Part shown: piece by piece, positions 37,451 through 48,823 of the stretch
Position numbering within the stretch: the first letter of the stretch is position 1
How the letters are laid out: each line of letters opens with the position of its first letter
From: Eremomyces bilateralis CBS 781.70
Taxonomy: Eukaryota
DNA length: 64,000 nucleotides
Assembly (NCBI GenBank): GCA_010015585.1
Contig: ML975155.1
Direction: 5' to 3' (one strand)
Position numbers and translations under genes: made by a program
Notes under the pieces: model-generated
Databases searched by the model: none
The model's input: the letters and a program-made list of their open reading frames with translations, nothing else
What the model was told of the DNA's origin: nothing

Positions 37451-38569
37451 ATGGTCGCTCCTTTGGATTCGGTATGCGCTACAATACCCCTCATTGATAT
37501 CTCTGGGTACCTCAATGGCGACAAAGAAAAGGCCGAGCGGGCAGTAGTCGAGTTGAGGACAGCTTGCCAGTCTCCAGGCTTTCTCCAAATAACTGGCCAC
37601 GGAGTAACTTCCGAGATTCGATCCCAACTGCTTCAAAAACTTGCCGAATTCTTTGCACTTCCCGCCGCGACGAAGCAGGCTCTTCATCGGAGCCAGTCGA
37701 AATGTCTGAGAGGCTACGAATCCGTTGGAGAGCAGAAGCTGGAAGCTGGCATTTCGGATCAGAAAGAGGGTTTTATGATCGGTCCCGATTTGCCGGCAGA
37801 GAATGGGTACCTTCAAGGACCAAATCAATGGCCCAGCGAGGAAGCAGCTCCTGGATTTCGGGAAGTCTATATGGCTTACTTCGACGTCATGCGTAATCTT
37901 AGTAAGACCGTGTTTAGATTAATGGCATTAAGCCTCGATCTAGACGAACGATACTTCGATGAATTCGTCGGAAGCAAGGATAGTGAGTCGCATACACCAG
38001 TCCCGGCTGAAAGACTCATTGCGCTCAACGTCAATAGCAATATCAATGTGTAGAGCACATCGATATCCACCAACAACCCCGGAAATGGCTAAAACCTCTC
38101 GAGGTATCGGTGCGCACACGGACTTTGGTGCACTGACGCTGCTGTTACAGGACGATGGTATGTCGGTGAGATCGTCAGATGGATCGCATTGCTGACTTGG
38201 CGACAGTGGGCGGACTCGAAGTGTTCCACAAGCCAACAGGTACCTGGCATAATGTACAGCCAGTTAAAGATGCCTTCGTGGTCAACATCGGCGATATGAT
38301 GGGTGAGAAGATCTGCACCATATTAGAAAGATGAAACTGACAATATACATCCAGAGAGATGGACGAACAATACCTACACCTCAACCTTACATCGTGTCAT
38401 TTCACCCGTTACGGCAAAAGACCGATATTCGGTAGCGTTTTTCAACGAAGGACTACCAGACCAGCTAGTCAGCTGCATTCCGACATGTCTGAAACCGAAC
38501 GAGAAACCGCTTTTTGAGCCGATTAGAGTCGAGGATCATTTGCGTGCTCGATATGGAAACAGCTATTAG
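37451..38569 (+). CDS. 2-oxoglutarate/Fe(II) dioxygenase (DIOX_N + 2OG-FeII_Oxy, IPNS-like), 4 exons
   Basis: IPLIDIS, GFLQITGHG, GPNQWP, GIGAHTDFGALTLLLQD (HxD), STLHRV, RYSVAFF (RxS). Confidence 0.92.
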
Positions 38570-39019
38570 TAGGGAGCGGTCGAATCGATACCAGTAGTTG
38601 ATATAAGCAAATTCAGTGAGATTCACTTGGACTGCCACTCTTGATGGCGGGAAATACATCCCGAGATCTTCGAATTCTCTAGACATTCTGGTCGCCTGTG
38701 CCACTATATCTGGGCCAAGACTCAAGGTATCGAATCGTGATCGTCATTGATAGGGCTAGGAAGACGTAATCTCCATGTCGCAACTCTGGAGGGCTCCGAT
38801 ATCGGGAAATTCACGAGTTGCCGAATGTGAACATCAGCGAGCCGTATCCAGCCATAGAATGTCGTTTCACCGAAAGTGCCCTTCCCGTAAATGATCTACA
38901 GTCGTCGTGAAAATTTATTTCCGGATCCAGATATGATGAAAGCACGGTAGCGAGAAACTCGTTGGGCCAGGGAAAGTCCATGTCAGGACTGAATTCTGAT
39001 AGTTGTTGAGCTGCTATGC

Positions 39020-39430
39020 GTCAAGCTAAACATCGAAATATGCCCGCCCCCTTCGCCCAGGTAGACTGTTATGGATATCGCTTGACTGTAGATTGGCCTC
39101 ACGAACCGCACTTGGTGATTTCGTTCACCCGGATGTTGTTGATTCATGGACACGGCATCGACCCATATCAAACACTCATTATGTTCTTGCCCAAGGCGGC
39201 AGAGGGCGGAGTAGTAGTTTTCAGTCACGTAGCGATGCACTCCCTGGAGAGAACTCTACAGACTTGACGTGATATGTTTCCCAGACGTATAAAATAGCAG
39301 TATACAGCACGGTATCCATATCATGTGGTGAACGCAACACATTGCCATTGATCTGACTGTGCAAGAGTCTCGTTTCAACTTCACATTTGATGCGTGCAAC
39401 CACCTCCGACAGGCATATGATCTAGAGCTC
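39020..39430 (-). pseudogene. Degenerate HET (heterokaryon incompatibility) domain gene fragment
   Basis: YTAILYVW (cf. YxALSYxWG), then after a frameshift VTENYYSALCRL..IWVDAVSMNQQHPGERNHQVRFVRPIYSQAISITVYLGE; no continuation to the later HET motifs. Confidence 0.8.
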
Positions 39431-39432
39431 CG

Positions 39433-39500
39433 AAATGAATAAATGAATAAATGAATACGAATATAGCCCTTATTCATATTCGTATTCATATTTATTCATA
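39433..39500. repeat. AT-rich inverted repeat built of ATGAATAA/ATGAATAC units
   Basis: ATGAATACGAATAT (39451-39464) and ATATTCGTATTCAT (39476-39489) are a perfect 14-bp inverted pair, extended imperfectly outward. Confidence 0.85.
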
Positions 39501-40991
39501 TATCTCTCCGGGAATTTGTTGTTCCGGGCCGACCCGTTTCCTCTTCCTATAGATAGTTATATGCTATCGTCTTGCTTGTCAATAGACAGATTTCAGTCCA
39601 GTTCCTATGCCAGAACATAGGCAGGTGTTTTTGCGCTGCTTTGAGCCGTGCTGCGAATAGCCATGAATTTGGATCCCATATATCCCGTATGTCTAGGTAC
39701 GGGGCCCTATTCAATTGCAGGTAATTAAATGATGTTGGGTTGGCTTAGGTGCCTACATTTCTAGAGGGTTTTGCCTCCAAAAAGGGAGGTCTCTAAGCCA
39801 GCAATTTCTTTGCATCAGAACATCTCAATTGATTAGGCGGTTGGAAGAAGGTCCGCTACACAACACCTTTTTTCTAGGGAAAGTACAGGAATGGCAGTGT
39901 TTCTATTTAACTACTCGGTAACGGTCTCAACCAGATGCTCCCTGGTACGTTAGTAGTAGTAGTCCCATGACTTCCTCAAGGGCGTCGTCTAAGCACCACT
40001 TATCTCAATTCTCGTGAAATTTGAGCTGTTCGACGACCAGGGCAAGATAGTAGGTAGATATAACGCGTTGCTACGGCTAGAACCTAAGGTAATACACATG
40101 CTGTGCAGGATTTGTTAACCAGTTAGCGGTGTATTCCAAGTTAAGCAGCAGGTCCCACGTAGATAGTTGCTACAAGATCTTAATAAGAATCTCGGGAAGT
40201 TTTTGGAGATCAGACGATGAATTTGGTGAGTGTGTAGGTCGAAAACAGTAAGCTGGCTGAGAAAAGAAGGGAAGATGGCACCTCCATCCAACCAGTTCAA
40301 AGTCCTTCGAACGCTTCTCATTCATATATCCAGCAGGAAAGTACGTAGTCTGTGATCCACAAGACCGTGCGTCACACAGGGAGTGCTTCAGCCCCACCAC
40401 CTAAAACCGCCAAGCTTCTACACGCTCCATTCTCCACCATTACCGTATGGTTTGAGATCTTGATATCTAGAGGAGAATTATAATAGCTCTCAATGCCTTC
40501 AAATCTAGTCAATTTTCGAGTGTCAATACCTCCGCAAAGGCTTACAAGTTACAACGGCTATCAGAACACGATTCATTGGACGCAGGTCAATGCAGCAACC
40601 CCCTGTATATGTACCTTGGTCGGTTGGTTAGTGGTCCCAGCAATCTGGTTGCAGGAACAGCCCCAAATCAACCAACCAATACTCAGGTATTGCCGCCCAC
40701 CCTGCTGCTATCTTTGAGTGCCAGCACCGAGTTTCAGTTGAATGGGATTGTGCTGTGCCGCACAACCTTCCAATAAATCTATCGACAAGTCCCTCACAGA
40801 ATCCAAGATGTTCTTGGTAATATGGCGAATCGTCGCCAATGCTCATGCTGTACGTTGAAGTCTGGTTGGCACGGAATCGCGATGACTTTACTAACCAACT
40901 TACTAGGAGACTTGCAAACGACGCCGCCCATGACGCCGCTTTCTCCGCTTCATTCACAAGAATAACATAACGGTGGATTCTTCTACTGCAA

Positions 40992-41944
40992 ATGGCCGTC
41001 GCAACGTTAGATCCGACCTTCAGTCCCGCTGCATCTTGCCTGGCGGCGAACAATCTGTGGAAAATATTCGCGGACTGTCCGATCAACAATGGCGTTTGTT
41101 GGTATTTCTTACAGGGTCAGCCCACTACCTCATCCTGCTATCCGCCCGGTTACAATCCTACCTCCACAGCATACTATTCACCTGCGTCCTGTCCCTCTGG
41201 GTATACCTCAGCTTGTGGTGCAACTCAAACAGCCGGGACTGTCACAGAGACTGCGTACACTTGCTGCCCAACGTACGTAACCTTCATTATAACTAGCGCT
41301 CCAATGCTATCGAGGTCTACAACTGATTCCAATTTGGTTAATGAACAGTATCGGAATCTACACTTGCCAGAAAGACCCAAAGGATTACCATCCATGGGGT
41401 TTCACGCTAGGCTGTTATTCTAACTTTGCCTCGCCAGTCACGCATTTCGTAACTGCGTCGTCATCCGACAGCAGCTCAATGGAAACTGTGATCATGAACG
41501 CGACAGATGCTATCAATGCATATGCAATTCAAGTGCGATTTCAATCTACCGACTTTCCAAAATCAACCGTGAGTCCGACTAGTTCCCACCCAAGGATAAT
41601 GCTAAGTTGGACAGGGATCAATTATCAACACTAGTTCTAGTTCAACTTCTAATTTGAGCCAACCTTCGCTGCGTGTTGAGACGAATTCAAACTCCGGCCT
41701 CAGACCTGGAGCCATAGCTGGAATTGCCATTGGAGCTGTCATAGGTGCTCTGCTCGTCATGCTGTTAGCGTTGCTGATTATTCGTCATCGTAATCGTCGG
41801 AGACACAGACCGACCGAAAGAGACGGCAGCGCAGGGCAAAATATCTCGAATATGCAGCCGCCTAATTTTATCCCCGGACTCAAGGCGGAACTTGACAACA
41901 CATATGTGCCCGCACAGACCCGGCCGGCGGAATTGGAGGGATGA
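40992..41944 (+). CDS. Cys-rich ectodomain single-pass membrane protein (3 exons)
   Basis: SCYPPGY..YYSPASCPSGYTSAC..TCCP, AYAIQVRFQSTDF, S/T stalk, TM GAIAGIAIGAVIGALLVMLLALLII followed by RHRNRRR, tail motifs KAELD and PAELE. Confidence 0.8.
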
Positions 41945-42105
41945 AAGGACTGGATATTGGTTGGCTACTGGCAATCTTCAGCACGTAGTCTCAGAGTCGA
42001 GATGAACGGGTTCCTCATTCCTCAGTCTGGCATTCAGAAGCTAAAGAAGATGAAGAAGTCGAAGTACACGGTGCGTTCGAAGTTAATATTATTATCATCA
42101 TCATT

Positions 42106-45100
42106 AAAATAGCCCTGTGGTGCATAAAGGCAACCTTTCTGCCCCAAATAATCACGAGCATAGCTAGCACGTGATCTCTGCCTTGCTACATGTAGAGGCA
42201 TAACTAGTTAGAGTATCTCAACCCCGTAGGATTATTAATAAAGTACTCTTAATCATGGGGAGGAAACAGGGAAATGGCTGAATTGCTCAAAACCAGCACC
42301 TTCGCGATCAGTGCAAACTTCCTAATTAGGAAATCAAACGATACCCTTTTCTCATCTGATCGTCTAATCGTACAGTGATATTTTGATCCTGATCTCGCGC
42401 CACATAACCACCTTGCTTACAGCACTCACTCCCCGCCTTCCGGAAACCCTCCGCATCCACGCCACCCAGATATGAACTCCGTCCCTACCGTGCCGCCTGT
42501 GAAGGAAGCAGATGCTATGATTTAACCGATCATCGTTCCGGATACCGCGGAAGTTGAAGAACCTAGGGTTGCCTTCGTCCTTCGTAACCACAGCCGCACC
42601 CCGGATCCGCCACGGGGCGTAGAAACGACACTCCTTCTGGTCAGTACGTTTATTCGTGCGGAGGCAGTACGCATCAGTGCAATGGTGCTTCTGCACACGG
42701 TTAATGATGGCGGAGTAATGGGCCAGCGTATTCTCCTGGGTGTCAGGACTTAGCGCGATGGCACTCCGCTCATCCTCAGGTCGCGCCCGACGAGAAGGTT
42801 CGGGGTTCAACGCCATGATGTGACCGCCCCAGAACCGCGCAAATTTCTCAAGGGCGGCAGGGAGATCCTCCGTAGGGATACGATCAAGCTCATTGTTAGG
42901 GCAGGCACGGTCTAGCCAGAGGAGGAAATGTGAGTGCGACGAGCCGCGACCCTGCCACTCATATCGGCCCCATTGATCGCGGATGTTGAACTTAGGAATT
43001 ACCAAAGTCTTGTATAGAGCCTCGCGGCGCCAATGAAAGAGATATGCGGCGATGTGGGGATAGTCTCGGAGGTTGCGGCGTGAGATTGAGATCCACTCCG
43101 CTGGAGATCCATTACGCCACTCCTCATATTGAGGTAAATGACGCTGCAGATCATCCCAGTGGTAATCGGCGGCCGACAGCGTTAAAAAGATGTCGGGAGA
43201 CCTGATCCATTGCACGGTAGCTTCAAGTTGCTTGCCACGCCCAATCCAATAGGGCCGCGTGCCGCGTGCCGCGTAGACTCCCCGAAAAACGGATAATAGA
43301 GTTCAGCAAGGCCTGGGCTTCAGGAGAGTCATCCGCAAAAGCAGCACAGAGCTCCTCAAGAGATAGATTACGTTGCTCAGGACGTTGATGAACGAAGTAA
43401 GATGCACGGGTATTGACCTGCTTCCGGAAAAGAGTGTTGAAAGGGACATACCGTAGGCGCGGATGCTTTGCAAAACGACCATCGTGGAACCTCATCAGAT
43501 GCTTGATATATTCACGATACTCTACCTTCCGGAGACGGGGATGAACAAAGTCCCCAACACCGCAGGGGAAGCAGCTTGGGAACGCCAGGCTTAGAAGAGC
43601 CTGAGAGTGGTTAAACTCAGATAGAGGAGTCAATCTAAACTCAGGCATCGTCAGATGCTCACTTCGACGTTCCTGAGCATCATCGACATGCTGCCGAAGT
43701 CGCTCCATCTCCGTATGGGGCTGAAGGAGATCCGGGACTACAGCGACGTATTCTGCCTCTTCTCCTGTATCGTCATCGCCGCCTCCTAGCTCTTCTTCCT
43801 CAATAGTCTGGACGCCGACCTCTTCCATAATACTATCATCAATAGGAAGATGCTGCAGGCGGCTATGGTCGACGACGACATCGCGATATCCAGGGTGGTG
43901 AACCTTGAGATGGGTTAGCCACTGCTCGATGACAGTACGGCGAACACGGTAGTCCCGTCGAAACTGGCGCTGCATACGGGGATCCTGATCCCAATTCGCA
44001 GGGCGAAGGACAACGATCTCAAGGTCTTTCGGAAGGAGAGGTAGTCGATTGTATACGCGCCCCACGTCTCGCATGAAGTTGATGATATGCCCTGTATAAC
44101 GGTACTGAAGACCGTTAACCTTTCGAACCTCCACAGCACAATGGACACGGGCGATGAGGAGCCCCTCTACTTGAGATAACTCAGGAAGACCGTAATGCGA
44201 CGGGCCTAGACCAGGATTTAAATGATTCTCTGCGGAATACAGCGGTGGTAAATCGCCACGTTTCCGATCGTCGATCCTGCATCGATGACATATACTACCA
44301 CCCATGAGACGCATATCAAACCATTTTTCGTCACACCGAGTGCAGTGTTCAAGGCATAGTTTGGCCATCTCCTTGTGGAAGTCCTTGACGTAGGTCCAAT
44401 CCTGCTCGGAAAGATTGGCGTCCTGGATGTTGAAGTCGCGGGACTGGGGATCGAGGCGAACATCTCCGCGCTGAAGTGCTTCTGTTCGATCATCATCTTG
44501 CTGTTGACGTGTATGATCGCGTTGCTCATCTCTCCGTTGACGTGTACGATCGCGTTGCTCCTCTATCCGTTGTCGTGTACGTGGTTGCTCATCGCCATGA
44601 ATTTGGGATAACCCGGCCAAGGAGATCGGACTTATATGCCTAAACCTGTTGTCGCCATCATCATGAGCACCTTGACTAGATTGCGGTTGATGTAAAAGTG
44701 GTAGCCTCTGTCCCCGGAGATAATCTTCGAATATTGGTAGCGGCTGGACATGACGGTGTACACGAGTAGCAGCACGATGAGCCCGTGACATAGCGTTATA
44801 CTCTCTGCGAGCAGCGGCTCTATCCTCATCGTCCTGGCTATGTATCCCGGCACGGTGGAATAGGGAAGTCTCCCGCCTCCAAGACCTATCGTCCTCAATG
44901 TCGGTTTGTTGCGAGGATGAGGCATCTCGTGTAGACATAATGGCGGGTTGAAGATGGGGGGACTAATGATGTCAGCTTCAACGTATTGGAATCATTCACT
45001 CTACCTACAGCGTCACCATGATCGTGACCATAACGACATCACCAGCAAGTCTTGACTAGTAGTCGGCGACATTTTGAAGTAAACTCCTTATCAACCCTCC

Positions 45101-45372
45101 AGGACCGGCAGTTCGCGCATACGCTACCACCAGGGTCTCCAGAAGATGACATGCCGGAGGTGTAATAATAGAGTGATTGATTCATTCACACACACATCAA
45201 CAATAGAGTGATCAATTGGAGGAATTCAATCACGTGATTTACATTCACGTGATTTAAGTTCGCTTAGCAAATCTAATCCCTGTCCAGCCAATCAGAAGGC
45301 GAATATCGAGAATGATTGGATGAGATTGATTCTACCACGACCACTTAAGTAACTCGCTACGCTCGTGATTAT
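42106..45372 (-). mobile_element. Non-autonomous, internally deleted non-canonical Helitron (Helitron2/HLE2-like), about 3.27 kb
   Basis: Rep coding region inside; 20-bp inverted repeats at 42148-42167 and 45353-45372 (18/20 identical); 3' hairpin at 42122-42142 and ATTTT terminus at 42110-42106 on the minus strand. Confidence 0.82.
42364..44938 (-). pseudogene. Helitron Rep protein, frameshifted and truncated (Zn finger, DUF6570-like, Helitron_like_N, HUH)
   Basis: CTRC..CHRC, LPELSQVEGLLIARVH, YRYTGHIINF, AFPSCFPCG, DGRFAKHPR, FLTLSAAD, RYEWQGRGSSHSHFLLW (HUH), CRFYAP, RNDDRLN; no YxxKY motif or Pif1 helicase follows. Confidence 0.9.
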
Positions 45373-46285
45373 ATCTATTTAACGTCTGTTTCGGTTCCTA
45401 TTGGTCCGTGCAGGCTGCATCTCTGCAATGCAGCAATGGAGGATAAAAGACCCAGTAGCGCCGGGCGCGTCCGATCCTCCAACCAGCCTTATCCACAAAG
45501 TGCAATCAGGTTTCAAGCCCTCAATTAGTTCGGGATCTGGATTTGGACCCCACCGAGGGTCCAAATCTGGCTCACTTCAACACTGCATTTGTGTCGTCTC
45601 CACATGCATAAGAGTTAGAGGTAGAATTTAGAAACGTGGCTATCACGCATACAGTCGCGAGCAGAATCGGTTTCCGGTTTGCACTCTTATTATTTGTTCT
45701 TTCCGCACGGTCCATATGACAAGGGTGATTCGTACTCTGTCCTAGCGGATTGCAAGGATAGCTGCGTATATATTAGTTCTTTGCATTACATAATAGTACG
45801 CCGTGATGGGAAGCTCTACACCTATAACTCAGGTAATTAGTAAATGCTGGGTTCTAACTCAAGAGGAAATAGTAGGTATCTATTTCTGTTTAACTGATAA
45901 ATATTAACCGTTCTCAAGGAAAATCACTACCCTCTACCAGTGAAAAGGTCGTCAGCAGATCAACTTCAACCTGATACCTCAAGTGCAATGGGATTATAAG
46001 AGCAGACAATGAACGAACCACAAAATAACGACGAATAGGGGCGTTGCTAAGAAGTTGTAGCTTTGATAGAGAAATGGTAATCCTATTCCAACGCGTCGCC
46101 GCTGTATCATGTTCCAAGGGAGGAGTGATTCAATATCCTGGAAGAGATCTGGAGTCGCGCAATGAAGCTAGAAACCATTATCGCGACAGAATCACGATTT
46201 TCTCACTAGCATAGATCGATGAAAGTGCTTGAATTGTGTATAGTGATAGAATTGAGTCGGTTTTACAACTATCTTGAATCTATGC

Positions 46286-48213
46286 TCAAAAGGAGTCATC
46301 TGAATCAAAGGAATCGTAATAGTCACCAGATTCCTCATCAGGGGTTGTATCCGCGTCAGGATCGTTAATCCCCTTGTCTTGCCATTGATTTAAGCCCGCT
46401 CTTTGCTTCGGTGAGAGCCTGAATCGCGCCTCGTATGCAGCTCGAACCATTTGTCTTGTGGTGTATTTGAAAGTCCGTAAGTGTGAGACGACGAATTGCA
46501 CCGCATTGAATAGCTGGTTCCTATTTTTCATTTCGTCCTCGAGTTGACCTACCAACAACAAATACAAGAGTTGGAAACCCGCATCGCGTGCCAATCGCAT
46601 GTTCCCTTTCACTGGCTCATCGTAACTGTAATCTGTTCTCCCAACTTTAAGATTGGAGATTATCTCGTTCAAAGATAAACCATCCAGAACATCAACATTG
46701 AGAAACTTGTACGTCTCGCAAAGAGTCCGGTATTGAGAAACCTCGGGAGGGAGAGATCGAAAGCAAGAGCGATAGCCTGATTCAGTTCCTTTGACGGCTA
46801 TATCGAAGAGAGGTATTCCGTGGTGAACAAGCTCGGTTGAGTTTGGATCAGATGCCTTTTGAAGTCGAACGAAGGATGCCAGATACTGAATTTTGGAAAC
46901 ATCAAGACTGTAAACTACTCCCCCAATCCTAATTTTAGTTTTGCTGGCTTCTTTATTACTTTCGGGTTCCAATGACTTTCCTGTTAGCTTTCTGGACGTC
47001 GGCACTTTTAAAGTAAACTTACCTGAGATAAACTTGTTTGAGCAGTCTTAGCTTCTGATGGACCGACATTACTAGCATCAAGATTGGGTTGGGGATCGTC
47101 CCATTTCAAATACAAGTCCTCAGGCAACATCTTTTTCTCATCCATCTTAGAGACCACCAACCTATCTCTCAAGGCATCATACCTCAGAACTCCCTGACCA
47201 CCAACTGCCTTCACCGCATCAATGATTCTCCGAATCAATACAGCCAGTTTCCTCAGGTGGCCTTGGTTTTGTTGCTCCCAACTCTTGATTTGAACTGTCA
47301 CGTCTTCAACGTCCGGTCTCTCAAAGATGCCGTTCCGATGATAGGCTCGTACAAGCTTCGGGGTTTGTGATACCCAAAGCTGAGGTGCAACTTCTTGAAT
47401 CGTAAGAGGTTTATGAGCCACGCGGGTTTTGATCTCAAGGGTTGATTCAAGAGGCACTGCTTGGCCCGTTTCTTTAACAATCAGATTGGTCTTAACAGGC
47501 CTGTTATTTGCTGTAGACAGGACCAAAGATCCCAAGGCACTGGAGAGACTATCAATTCCTTGCTCCTTCCTCGTTGCGGAGAATGTTGTTGTTCGAGTGC
47601 CCACATATCCATCCGTTTCGTGGCGGATGATGACGTTCAGATCGCTAAAACGGTATGAGATAATTCGGTGATGTCCAGTACTGCCGCTGACCTGGCTAGT
47701 AGTATACGCCTTCTCGAATTCATGACCATACCCTCTGAATTTATGCGGTCCGATAAACTCATAGGTTGCGGTCTCATCACGACAGAATATTGCGGTGTCC
47801 TTTACAATCTCGACTTTGATGGTGAAGGCTTCAATTCCACCTGGACCAGAAGAAACGAACGACAGAAGTTTACGAATGTTGTTGCGGTCAGATACAACAT
47901 CAATTGAGCAGATGTCAAATGAAGGGCTGGTCATGTACAGTGAGCGGAAAAGTGGCTCAAGCGGGCTATCTGGATGTCGAGCCGCATTTTGCGCAATATA
48001 GATGAGGCCGGAGTCCTTGTTCAACTGTCGTGTAGCTCTTGGAACTGACCAAAGTGCTGGGCTGCCTGGAACGGCGATGGTAGGTGTAGATTTGGGTGCC
48101 TCAATCCAGTTATAGGAAGAAATATGCTTGACATCAGTGATGGAAGCTGAAAGTGTGCTGGGTGCTTGGAGATCTAGGCGAGAGATCTCGGTTTCGATAG
48201 TATTGGATGCCAT
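46286..48213 (-). CDS. Two-domain protein of about 626 aa: N-terminal DXO/Rai1-like PD-(D/E)XK nuclease fold plus unknown C-terminal domain
   Basis: SDRNNIRKLL, GYGHEFE, RHETDGY, LEIKTR, QLW motifs; a 47-nt intron at 47022-46976 (GTAAGT...GCTAAC-AGGAAAG) joins ORFs 47008..48213 and 46286..47005 in frame. Confidence 0.72.
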
Positions 48214-48823
48214 TGAAGAAGCTGGACATCAATTTGAAAGGTGGAAAAGCGAAGAAAGGTTTAAACCTGGGGGAAACCTCACGGTGTGATATCCATGGTT
48301 TCGAGCAATAAATAATCCTTGCTGAGTAGCTAACAGCAGACAGATAGGCCCAGCATGCGCGATTTTTGATTGCCATTTGTTGCACTGTGACCCATTGTAA
48401 GAATCCAAATGCGTCCAGCCGCATCTATTCATCCTGAGAATGTTGCGCAGGCAGATATAGCAAGGCTGACAACTTGCGGCACAGCACATTCATTTAGCAA
48501 ATCAACGTTGGACATGACCCTTCTTGACATGTGTCATGTCTACCGACCAGTTCTCGCTGGAGGAATCTGCCAGCAGTCTCAGAGATGTGGTTTGCTCGAT
48601 GGTTACACAAACGCTACGTGTACAGCATTCTGTGGACTAGTATCGGAAAGGTTGGGCGTTGCTACCCTTTCTTTATATATTATCGAAGGGGATGAGGAAG
48701 GACGATTAGACAAAATGACAGTTCATTTACTCTCTCATTCCTTTGAACACGATTCATTGCTCTAGAATCATCACACCCAACTTTCAAAAGTGAACAGCGG
48801 ATGTCACTGTGTCTATATTCACG

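Noticed and set aside
46286..47005. Separate 239-aa gene starting 2 nt after the upstream ORF (operon-like or toxin-antitoxin pair)
   Set aside because: It starts at GTG inside a clear intron; the in-frame AAG acceptor makes it exon 2 of the upstream gene.
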